NCBI GenBank assembly: GCA_903813345.2
Contig: CAIIXF020000001.1
Coordinates: 42,098,001 to 42,162,000 of the forward strand
DNA length: 64,000 nt
Source: Owenia fusiformis
Taxonomy: Eukaryota
Direction: 5' to 3'
This document shows positions 1 to 10,683 of the stretch, piece by piece. The notes under the pieces are model-generated. The model was not told the DNA's origin, did not search any database, and was given only the letters and a program-made list of their open reading frames with translations. The translations under genes were made by a program, and so were the position numbers. The first letter of the stretch is position 1; every line of letters starts with the position of its first letter.

Positions 1-806
1 TTCTTTCAATTTTTCAATTTTTTCACATTTTTCTAATTTTTTTCAATTTTTTCAAAAAAATTCAATTCTTTATTTTTTCAAATTTCTTTTCACATTTTTC
101 TTTTTTTTTCAATTTTTTCAAATTTTTTTCGAAGCGGGAAGATATGCCCTGGAGCGGGAGATATGGCGGGAGATATGGAGGTTCAGGATATGGAAACCTC
201 AAAATCAGGATACGCGATATATCTTACCAACTTATCTCCCTAAAACTCTACTTGGCATAGGATAAATAATATTATTGAGAATCAAATTATCTATCAAGTG
301 GTATATCATTAGTCCAACCTTTCGCTGAAATGTTAAGCCTTTCTATAAAATGTTACCACTTTTTGTGTCACCCTGTATGTGGCACTAAATAAATGAAACT
401 ACTTTATGGACATGGATATATCGGGCAGTGAAAGGTCTGAACATGTGACGGATCTCTACTCCTTGTGACACACGCCATATTATTTTGCAGATCTACACTG
501 CAAAACCAGATCGAATACGACAACGGTGATATTCTACGCGAACACTTTCTTCCTTGATATAGTTTATTTTATTTAAATAAACAGATATATGAATAAATGC
601 AATGTCTTCTGTTGAAATGGCTTCCTATATATCTCAATCAAATGACCTATGTATTGTTTTCCCAACTTTGGCTTAGATTGTACATAGTCTTATGCAATCT
701 TAAACAAGACATAGAGTGAACAGTACCGTACCCTTGGATAGAATAAACAGTTCTTAGGGCAGAAAATGCTAAATGGCCGCCTTAACATGTATCCAGAATT
801 TAGTAA

Positions 807-1637
807 CCCTCCTATCACACCAAATTAGTTTTCAACCGTTCTTTCCAGTCCAACAAAAAGTCGTAAAACGGATCAAATCTAGCTGTGGTCGGGACATATG
901 TCTAAAATAATTAGCTACATCGTTCACAAACAGTCTCCAATACGTCCATCTCATTCTCAGTTCGTTCAGGTCGCAGAATGTCACAGAATGTCGGTGTAGA
1001 CACGTATTGCAGTTGATATCCGATTGCGCAACGTCGTTAAAGTGACAATTACGTTTCTTGTCAAGTAGGTCATCTCGTTTGAAGTATGTTGTCACACGAT
1101 TCAATCACAGAACGGTGTGGTCGCCATCGAATTTTGAAATCACCTTCCCGGCCGAGCACGTCCATGAAGTTCGTAAATAGACCGTAGAAAGTTGCAGCTA
1201 CGATTGTTACGTTCCCACACAGTTAAAACCAGTTTTGAAACATTTTGAAAAACGCAGTGGCAACTAGTTTTTCTGATTGCTATATTTTTGATACGTCGTT
1301 CATAAGAATTCCTCAATCAGTTTAAACCCGTTTGCAAATAGTTCTATCTCGTTCTCAATAGATCCCAAGATAGTTCAACTTGTTCTAAAAACGTCCTTAG
1401 TAGGATTGAAGTACGACAGTTCTGTTCGTAGTACGTCCAATTCTTCTTTAGAACGTTGTCACTCTTTCTGATCGCAGAATGTGGCTACCACCAGAAGGTT
1501 CTAGAGGACCTATCCGTTCGAGTACGTTCATGAAGTTTGTAAATAGACCCAAACGGTTCGTTCAATCGTCCAATCCGTTCAGTTAAGGGCCCTTTTCAAG
1601 AACGTAACTTGAGAACTAGTTTGGTGTGATAGTAGGG
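807..1637. mobile_element. Non-autonomous TIR element, candidate TAA TSD (PIF/Harbinger-like), with an extra right end at about 1974-2000
   Basis: Left CCCTCCTATCACACCAAATTAGTTTTC; right GAGAACTAGTTTGGTGTGATAGTAGGG; taa on both flanks (804-806, 1638-1640). Internal cgttc-rich blocks are partly duplicated in 1650-2000. Confidence 0.6.
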
Positions 1638-2019
1638 TAAACAATCTTCAATACGTTCACCTCATTCACAGTTCGTTCAGGTCGCACCATGTCGTTCTAC
1701 CTCATTCTAAATACGTTGTTAGACAATTCAAACGTTCCTATTAGGATTGAAGTACGACAGTTCCGTTCGTACTGTCCAACTCGTCTTAATTATGTTGTCA
1801 CTTGTTCTAAATTGCAGAACGTGAGGACCATCAGAAAATTTTCAGCATGCTCTTAGTCCTGAGGGACCCACCCATTCGAGTAATGTTCATGAAGTTTGTA
1901 AATATACCCTAAACGGTTCTAAGTACGTCCAATCCGTTCGTACACAGTTTAAGCCTGTTTTCGAAAACGTAGTGAGAACTAGTTTGGTGTGATACTAGGG
2001 AAGAAACATACCCAGAAGT

Positions 2020-2450
2020 ACCCCTTAAAATTCCAGATTTAATCCATCAAACCGTTTTCTTTTTGATTTGACACGTGTAGACAAGACTAAATACAGATCA
2101 ATTCCCAAGACGGTTTAGTCCAAAATGGCCGCTTTAGAATGTTTACAAACCTAGAAGCTTAAAACTAATTGTTCTAGACTTTCATACAAAAATACATGCT
2201 TGAAAATTTCAGATCAATACATCAAACAGTTTGGCTGGAAACTTGTAGACAAGGCTTTACAGACACGATTTTAAAACGGAAAATCCAAAATGGACGCCCA
2301 AACATTTACCCAGAATAAAAATTTCAGATCAATCCATCAAACGATTTAGTTTAAAACGTGTAGACAAGACTTTACAGACAAGATTTTAGGACGGAAAATC
2401 CAAAATGACCACCTTAACAATTAGGCTACCCAGAATACCCAAAATCTAAT
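2020..2450. repeat. Degenerate tandem repeat of roughly 120-160 bp units
   Basis: Recurring aaaatttcagatcaatccatcaaac...tgtagacaagacttta...ccaaaatgg blocks; boundaries approximate. Confidence 0.6.
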
Positions 2451-2554
2451 CAATTCCCCGTGCAAATTATACCAAAGTTGTTCGTATGCTAATATAAAAA
2501 GACACTGTAAATACCTTTATTGTATGATCTGTAAAATGATTGTGCTGTGCCAAT

Positions 2555-2808
2555 CTGTATTGCTACTAAGATTGTCCCCGTTGATCATCTCCGTCGCAAT
2601 ACAGAAAATATTGGTACGGAGCGGACAATGCAATCTCAGTAGCAATACAGAGGATCACACGATAAAAACGTTATTGAATGATTTGAAGTGCAATACAGGA
2701 TATATTCTGTCTTGATATTCTGTATTGGCACTCGACTTCGTCTCGTTCCAATACGGAATTTCTCGAGCAGAATATATCCTGTATTGCACTTCAAATCATT
2801 TAATAACT
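2555..2808. repeat. Double-hairpin palindromic element
   Basis: 39-bp near-perfect inverted repeat ttattgaatgatttgaagtgcaatacaggatatattctg / cagaatatatcctgtattgcacttcaaatcatttaataa, plus a second stem tgtattgcta / tagcaataca. Confidence 0.65.
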
Positions 2809-4402
2809 TATAGTATCGGTGTTTGAAATAAAGGACTATAGGTCCACAGTATAATGTAGGTTTAGATTGAGAGATTATGATATAAGTAACAAATAAGATA
2901 AATGGAATCATGTCGAGACTGCTTCCAATCCAAACTAATGTCTCTTAGCTGATGAATCCGAATCATCAATCACGTGTATTTCTGTAGTTATCAAACAAGC
3001 AGTTTGTTGACTTTTAACTGACCAAACATAAAATTGACGCGTGATCATACGTCTTCGACTTGATATATCAAAGATCCTTGGGAGTAATCTCCGCTTTTCT
3101 GATTTTTATTAAAATAAAGATGAATTATTTGTGTTCATTTGACGCTGTTAAATCAACCATGGTCTGGTATGTTTAGCGAAGCATCCATCAACTAAAATTA
3201 GTAAGGATTTTATCGATAAATTAGATTATTTTATTTGGAATGATCGGTACATGAATTTATGATGAGTTAAGCTATTATGCATTATTTTCTCCTCGTACTT
3301 GGTATCATAATCATGTCAGAGATCATTAGGTTCTGTAATTACCTCGAGACACATTACAAATCTGGTGGAAAAACATCAATCCTAAGCATCATATCATTGT
3401 TTGAAACATAGACGCAGAGAAAAGACATCGAGCCTCTTTTCGTTAGATTTATGACCTCGTCAGCTACTTCAAAGTCAGGAAAACATATAAAAATGATGGC
3501 ATATGGTTTACTCTGTATATTAAACGCTAATAAAATATCATAGTTATGAGACTTGCGAATAACCTTAGGTAGAAATAAACACAAAGTAAGGGTTATACTT
3601 ATATCGGAACTAATAGAATAATCAAATGTCAACAGATCATAAAAATAAGGCGACGCTACGAATTATGCAAGTGGTGCCTTTGAGAATAGATTGACCCCTA
3701 AGACAATGTGATTTGTTTTCATCGGTTTCCCTGACATTGTGTCGTTTAGATAATTGTTATCTTCGAAGATGGATAATTGTAGGTTAGCCTCGAATTGAGT
3801 TGTAATGTTCGTGAGAATGCGGGATGTCTGTGATTGATTCTGTCATGGTGGTCTTTTGGAAGATATCTTTTGGAGAATGTTCCATTCTGAAGCTCATATG
3901 AGATTGGTACTTTGCAGATTGGCTCCATCTCCTAACTTGAATTTCAGTCATTCAATGATGAAGCCAGTTATTACACTGTCCGTCTAATAACTGGCTTCAT
4001 AGATATAAAAAACTGATCCTTGTGGGAAAAACTGATTGAAAATATACCATCTATTTCTCGAAGAGAGATTTGGTACTCTTAGGAGTTGTACAATCATAAG
4101 TAAATTACAATTACATAATGGTTCATGATCATTAAAGATGTATTTACCCCAATATGTAAAAAGACGTATCACCAGAAACCATCTGTTATATTAGAATTGC
4201 TCTTGAGTTGTATTGGTCTCTAGTAATAGAGCGCCAAGCCAACTAATAATTGCCCTGCGTGCAGACTCGAAGACGAAGCTCTCTTTTAAGAAGTGAAGTC
4301 AAACGAATGCAAAGGGTAACTAATAATACTATCGAGAATAATCCTCCATGCAAAATATTGGGATACAGAGGGTATATATTTTAATATATTAAATTATTAT
4401 TA

Positions 4403-4794
4403 TTTCACACATAGCTAGGCAAGGTGTGTCCGATTCCAGCCAATCAGAACAGAGTATTCACATAATGAACAGTGTGTGAAATATCAATATCAAACACATG
4501 CAAGGTCACCAGTTAAACTGATGAATTGACTTCTCTCATTGGATTTGATGACTTGCCAACTTGACCCTTGCAAAAATGGCATTGAAAATGTGTTCTTTTA
4601 GTGATTTAGTTCTTTTTAGATGATTTTGGACAAAATATTTTGCAATGTGTGAAAACAATTTAAGCCCAAGACTCAATGCATTGTAGCTGCTTCATTCCAT
4701 TCAGGCGTTGCTGCGTGGTCATGCAAAGATTTGGAAACAACACCTACTTGGTATGATTCAGCAAACAATGCACCGAATCCAGGGCTTAAATCTT
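4403..4794 (-). repeat. Dispersed repeat family of about 390 bp, copy A (inverted relative to copies B and C)
   Basis: Reverse complement aligns by eye to 11465-11848 and 12997-13377 (e.g. ggctggaatcggacacac...gcctagcta, ccaaatcttt, aggatttaagc). Confidence 0.75.
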
Positions 4795-6725
4795 CAAATT
4801 AAATTATTTAAATATATTTAAAGCGACTACCACTTATGGTATTTTATAGTCTAATTCAAGTTGAATATACGCCTATCGTAGAAAGTGATTTATAGAAAGA
4901 AATACCAACTCCGCCAACACCAGTGTGTACAATTACAAATTAGATTTAATAATGTGCATTGTGTAAGACCTTCACTGGCCTACGATACCAACAGTCAGGA
5001 GAAAAAATATGTCCCTTCGTTAAATTTTATTTGGATCCCCCATTCATAAGTCATGTGCTCTACTCAAAATGAGGCTAGTGCATGACCTCTCAAAGAAAAA
5101 CAATGGAGGCTTTCCTCCACACTTTTCATATGTCACAATGGGTTGTAGGTAGACTAATTATTTATATACTTGTTTAATGTGTTGTATTATTAGACTATAA
5201 ATAAACTATACACCATTATGTGACTACAATATAACTGATTTATTATACCTTCACGCATTTTTATTGAACATGTTCAACAGGTATTTAGCCATATATCCTT
5301 TATCACGTTCCCTATGCATGAACTGAACTGTTTGACTTTGCTGAGTAAATTCTTTTCTTCAAGGATTGATTGAGCTTCACGTTATCTTTATAATCTTACG
5401 AATCCAAGATGAAAACAATCATGACTTTTTATTTGAATTAATAATTTTGGAGGCATTAAAAAAATTAGAGAAGATGGAAATAAAGAAAAGAATCAAAATA
5501 GATAAATGGCAAACAACATGACTTGTTTTTGCTTGAGGATACCAACCCTGACAATTATAGGATGAAGCCTTTTAAAAACTAATAAAGACGTTGAGAATAA
5601 TAACCATACGTCATCGAAGAAACCCGAAGACCGTGTAATGTCTCATTTGAAAGAAATGATGAACTAAGTAATTTTTTATTAAACCGAACAGTAATGATGA
5701 TGATGTTGAATGATGCGTACCATAATCATTCTTTATGGTGTTGCGTTACCTGGACAACGACTGTAGTCACTGGTTACCGCCACATATTTATTATCATCAT
5801 GTTCCAATGTAGGTGATGGGCAAATTTTACAACAGTAATCTGGAGGTTAAGCCACACATTAGGATGTTTAAGCTTGCAATGTTTTTCACAACTTAAACGC
5901 GAACGGAAAATATGTTCAAGCGACAGGTTTGTATTGGTCATACGAATAGGTTGGCGTTTCGAACTTCATATTTGAACGTGAACGTGTTATTTTTACCCCC
6001 TCTTCTCAATTGTTTTTTCAGTAACCAAAATAAAAGTTATTTTCCTTAATACCTTTACATTCAACGTGGCAAATAATCAATTACTACCAAGGCGAGAATT
6101 AATCCCCAGATGATCATAATTTTACACGCTCATGTACAGGTTCTATTCAAAACGTGTAGCTTATGACATTGCATGTTACGTCTACAAATATTGTCCTCAG
6201 AGCTTTAGTTCTATACTTTATAGTATTCACTTCATTGTTGGAAAATATCGAGCTGTGTCCCTGGAGGCCCGTCCTCCTTGGTGTTACGGTAAGGTGTTAT
6301 TGCATTACGCTTACTGATATGGTGTCGTTTCATATAATTATGGGGAGTAGAGTATAGGTCAACGTGCCCTCTTATATTATCTATTTACTAGAATTTATAA
6401 TGTAGAGATATTCGAAGGGGGTACGGTTGACTTAGTCCCCGTGTGCATATGACAAACTGCATTATTTACATTTATTTTTGAGTCCACCCTCCTTTGTACT
6501 TGTAATGATGATCACTTTGGACCCAAATCTCCAGAAACCCAGCGTTCACATTTTGTGTCCGCAAAAGCACTATTCACTAATTTATGGTAGAAAACATCGT
6601 ACATTTTGGACAGATTTCTGAATTAGCAACTGCTCCATTGTTAATGTCAATCACTTTTCACTCTGCACAAGGGGTTTGGAAAGTCTTACATACTATTAGG
6701 ATAAGTCAAAGTAGGGGAGATTTGG

Positions 6726-7853
6726 CTAACAGCAGTTAAAAATCGTTTTAAGATCGTGTCTAAAATTCCTATTCATGAATGAATATATGAACGGGTTGGT
6801 AACGTTGTGGGCAAAGTACATGTAGAAGACAACAAAGTTGAATGGCATTAGACGATGGACCATTAGAAAGGCAGGGAGAAACGCTACTATGAACACCAGC
6901 GTAACAACAAAAAGCATCATCGCCATTTTGAAATTAGCCATTAAATTTTTGTCCATTTTGATCGTCTTCCTGTCGCGTTCTTTTGGAACTTTATTAGAAT
7001 GTCCGTTCTCCCTAGGATTCCTCTCGTTAAGTTCAAAAGCCTCTGTTGGAAAGTCGTTGGTCGGTGAGTTACTATTTGTCGATATCTCGCATCTCAATGA
7101 AGCAGATCGTTTCTGTCGCTGACGCATTCGCACATTACATACGATTAAGATGTAAAGAACGACAACGAGGAGGAAAGCGATGCCATAAAGAGAGGTGTAT
7201 ATCTTATGGTATATATCAAGCATAGTGTTGGTCACAATGAGATTATTAGTTGAACAGATTCCTGTGAGATCCACACGAGTCACCACAATGGTGGTTTCAC
7301 TTGTTATGTTACCAAAGGAAGACGTATTCGCTGGATAAGTCTCGTTAAACGTGAAGCGTTCATATACACCAACAGCTAACGAGGTAAATGTCCCTAAACT
7401 GAGGGATAACATCAAAAGAGCAAACACTGTCACTTTCGCTCTGAATCGGCTCATAACATGTAGAAATGTTTGACAGATACAGAGGTATCTGTCCACAGCA
7501 ATGGCCGCCATTATGAAGGCAGAGAATGGAATATTGCACGTGATGAGAAAGTGATAGAATTTACACGCTATATCGTTGTCTCCTATCCTGAAATACTTTA
7601 ACTCCATTATTATAGTAAATGGTACTATAATCAAACATGTCATAAAATCTGTAACTGCTAGCACTAGAATGAACAACGTGGATGTCAGTTTATCCCTGGT
7701 GCGTGAGTAGACGTATATTACGAGCCCATTGCCAGCAGTCCCGATGACTGTAAACACACATAGTATCACCACGACTACATACAGTTCAACATTAATATTG
7801 TCATTTTCCTCCGGAGCAGCAACTTCGTCCAGTACATTCGAATATTCCTCCAT
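6726..7853 (-). CDS. Rhodopsin-like (class A) GPCR, peptide-receptor-like orphan, 375 aa, CDS in a single exon
   Basis: Seven hydrophobic segments; GN in TM1 (TAGNGLV), LAxxD in TM2 (LAVTD), Cys at top of TM3 (IACKF), DRY (AVDRY), ECL2 Cys (TGICS), TM7 NPxxY (NPFIY) and helix 8 (NRNFR). Start context aacATGG; a splice acceptor (tcctcttgtaattccag) lies 48 nt upstream. Confidence 0.93.
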   Translation of the reverse strand: MEEYSNVLDEVAAPEENDNINVELYVVVVILCVFTVIGTAGNGLVIYVYSRTRDKLTSTLFILVLAVTDFMTCLIIVPFTIIMELKYFRIGDNDIACKFYHFLITCNIPFSAFIMAAIAVDRYLCICQTFLHVMSRFRAKVTVFALLMLSLSLGTFTSLAVGVYERFTFNETYPANTSSFGNITSETTIVVTRVDLTGICSTNNLIVTNTMLDIYHKIYTSLYGIAFLLVVVLYILIVCNVRMRQRQKRSASLRCEISTNSNSPTNDFPTEAFELNERNPRENGHSNKVPKERDRKTIKMDKNLMANFKMAMMLFVVTLVFIVAFLPAFLMVHRLMPFNFVVFYMYFAHNVTNPFIYSFMNRNFRHDLKTIFNCC

Positions 7854-9659
7854 GTTAAATGTGTTCTCAAAATTAACTGATCCGAGATGTCAGTCCGCAG
7901 CCTGGAATTACAAGAGGATAGGATAACAAAAGAATTTGGACTAAAATATTCCATTACAATGATTCTTATTCTTGTCATATAATCAACAATAAAAAAGAAA
8001 TTCATTTCGAGCATTTGAAAATGAATAAACTATTCTTTTACTTGAATATTATGTCAACTCAAGAGGTAGCATATGAACTGCGACATCACTTTAAAAATAA
8101 AATGCAAATAACAATTTAGCAAAATACAGATGAACAGCCAAAAATGTAATATGATCGTGCAACATCATGCTCATATTGAAAGCTGTTCTTGAAAGCTGTT
8201 CTAGTGACATCATTTTTCGAAAAGAAAATAACTAGACTCGTGAAATTGAACTAGTTTTATTCAAGAGTCCAGATTTTTGATTTTTAAAAGTTGAATGATA
8301 TTCAACTTTGATTGTTTGAAAATAGCATTAGTGAAGTCAAGGAGACTTGACAACAATGTTTGTCTCCCACATCAGTCGGATTTATGAATTGGCTGTTTCT
8401 AAGCTACATGATGAAAAAGACAAAGGAAAGTGATAAATAACGACAAAGATATCATACTAGACACATTTGTAAGCAGCTTAAAGTAATTAAACTTTTCTAG
8501 TTAAGTTGGCGAGAAAACTAAGCAGGAAAAAGAGAGAAAAAATAAAGAAAGCTTGCAGAGAGCTTAAGTTACACGTTTTTAAGAGAACTTCCAAACGGAA
8601 ATGTGTAATCTATTATCTGATCACAGGGATTTTCCAAGTAAATAATACGGGCAGGGAAACAAAACTAGACCAAAGTTCACACGTACAAGTTCACATAAAA
8701 ACATGAAGCTAAACCTCCTTATGGCATGAATATAATTTAACTTAATAAATACATAATTTAGTTTATAATTACCTAAGTTAATATTGAGCTCTTTCCACAA
8801 GCACTTGTTATTGTCGCCTCGGCTCTCATCAACAATTTTGTACTCAACATTGCAATTTCTACTTTTTTACGTCCTTAGATTTTCAACTTTTGGTTGTCAA
8901 TTTGCTTCTCTAGCTTGATCTTCTATTCTAACCCCTGATGAAAACAACTATGATTGGATAATCCGGTACATGTGTAGTAAACGTTTAGAACAATGCAACT
9001 TTAACTGGAACATATTAGTACGTTGATTGATAGTGTGAAACTACATGTGGGATGAAAAATCGTAGAAAGAAGAAAGACGTAGAACCTGTCTCTCAGTGAA
9101 ACTTTCTAAGCATTAGCTCCATACGTCAGCTGTTCAGGCGTAAACTTGTAACTAAAAACTTGAACTAATTGTTAACATATTTTGAAGTTAAGACATAATT
9201 CTTTGATTAATGCATGTATTTGCTGCAAACAAAAGGCATCCGAATCTCTGTTGGAAACCAGCAATGTTTGTTATGACAAGTGCATTTTTTGTTTCTGAAT
9301 AATACGTCCATGATATTTTCACACTTTCAGATACATTTCTATATCACATATACAAATCTTTGACTTAAGGTTGAATTATTCTCAAGATTAATTCTGAGAA
9401 AATTTCTAGCAAAAATGATTAATTTTCTAATTTTTGATTGTTAAGTTCTCTCGAGGGTTCCGAGGGTCTCGAGGTTTGCCTATTGAAAAATTGGTTGCAT
9501 CAAGGCTAGCTGCTCCCATTTGTAAGTTAGCTTAAGTTCAATGTCCCTCACTTATCTTCAATGATTTATTTGACTTCTGTTTGACTAAAAGCTTAATGTA
9601 ATGATGCACGATGTCTTGGGATGATGCACATGATACATAATTCTTCTATACCTCGTATA

Positions 9660-10109
9660 TCACTGGTCAGTATCAAGAGAAGGTAACGGCCGTAACCTTC
9701 GCATCAAAGATGGCGGATACAAAGTGTCGATTTCAATATTTTTAGTTTTCATCGAATTAAACTACGTTATAGTTGACATAATGCTTTTATATTTGAACTA
9801 TATCAGGCACATATGACATTGGAACCCTGGAGTATGATAATTTGTTCATATACCATGCGTAGGCCCCACCGTTGAACGATATCTTCGTCCGCTTAAGGGA
9901 AAGTAACTGGTAACAGCGGTGGGAGATATCGTTGAACTGTGTCGCCCATGCACGATATGTGAAAAAATGATCAAACTATAAAAACATAACGTCAACTAAT
10001 AAAGCACTTAAATCTGAAGAAAACTAAAAATTTCGAAATCGACAACTACTGTCTGCCATCTTGGATGCGAAGGTTACGGTTGTTAGCTTCGCTTGATACT
10101 GACCAGTGG
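9660..10109. mobile_element. Foldback MITE, TA TSD
   Basis: Left cactggtcagtatcaagagaaggtaacggccgtaaccttcgcatc; right gatgcgaaggttacggttgttagcttcgcttgatactgaccagtg; complementarity continues inward for most of its length; TA at 9658-9659 and 10110-10111. Confidence 0.8.
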
Positions 10110-10379
10110 TATGTTTGACAACTGGCCATGGTACTGTATTATGACAGTATTAATTAATCACATCTTTCTGTTCCATGGGAATATACTATTGTCATTCATA
10201 TTTATATGCTCTTGGTCTGGTTATATTTTACATCATATTTTCATTGAACATCAATCATACGACGGAAAGAGTTACAACTATAACCATTAAGTGTCGGATA
10301 GTTATCATGGTATTATTGTTGTCAATTAACCATACATTACATTATAGGCAATGTAAATAAAATAAATGAATAAAACACA

Positions 10380-10385
10380 TTTATT
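10380..10385 (-). terminator. Candidate polyadenylation signal AATAAA of the prokineticin-like gene
   Basis: tttatt on the plus strand about 300 nt past the stop; a second candidate lies at 10676-10681 immediately after the stop. Confidence 0.3.
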
Positions 10386-10683
10386 CCCAATGTTTACATT
10401 GTTTACATTCTAATGTTGCATACGAATGGAATAAAAATCGAATCAAAAGATCAAAATTAAAAATATTTGTGAAAATGTCGGTAGATGCCGTGTTGAAGGG
10501 TAACTTTGTATTGTACACTTGTTGACGGGAATAACATTCATTTATAAACTATTTCAGTTTGATAATTTATCTATTTGCATTTTCTTTGCATTATTAAATA
10601 ATATATGAGATAAATATCATACATCCATAGCTTAGTTCACACATCTAGTTCTGAAGAGGTCAATTGCCATATGTCTTTATTAA

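Noticed and set aside
2524..2911. Two opposite-strand ORFs sharing LLNDLKCNTGYIL
   Set aside because: Artefact of a 39-bp inverted repeat; no coding signal.
3200..4300. Cluster of short minus-strand ORFs as a possible retroelement remnant
   Set aside because: No RT, endonuclease, integrase or other recognisable motif in the frames I read.
6726..6734. Functional link between the GPCR terminal CC (palmitoylation) and neighbouring PPT1
   Set aside because: PPT1 is a lumenal lysosomal housekeeping enzyme with broad substrates; proximity is not evidence.
7854..7901. In-frame fusion of precursor exons to the GPCR (tethered-ligand receptor)
   Set aside because: The 48-nt leader has an in-frame TGA (GCT GCG GAC TGA) ahead of the GPCR ATG, so no fusion protein is possible through this acceptor.
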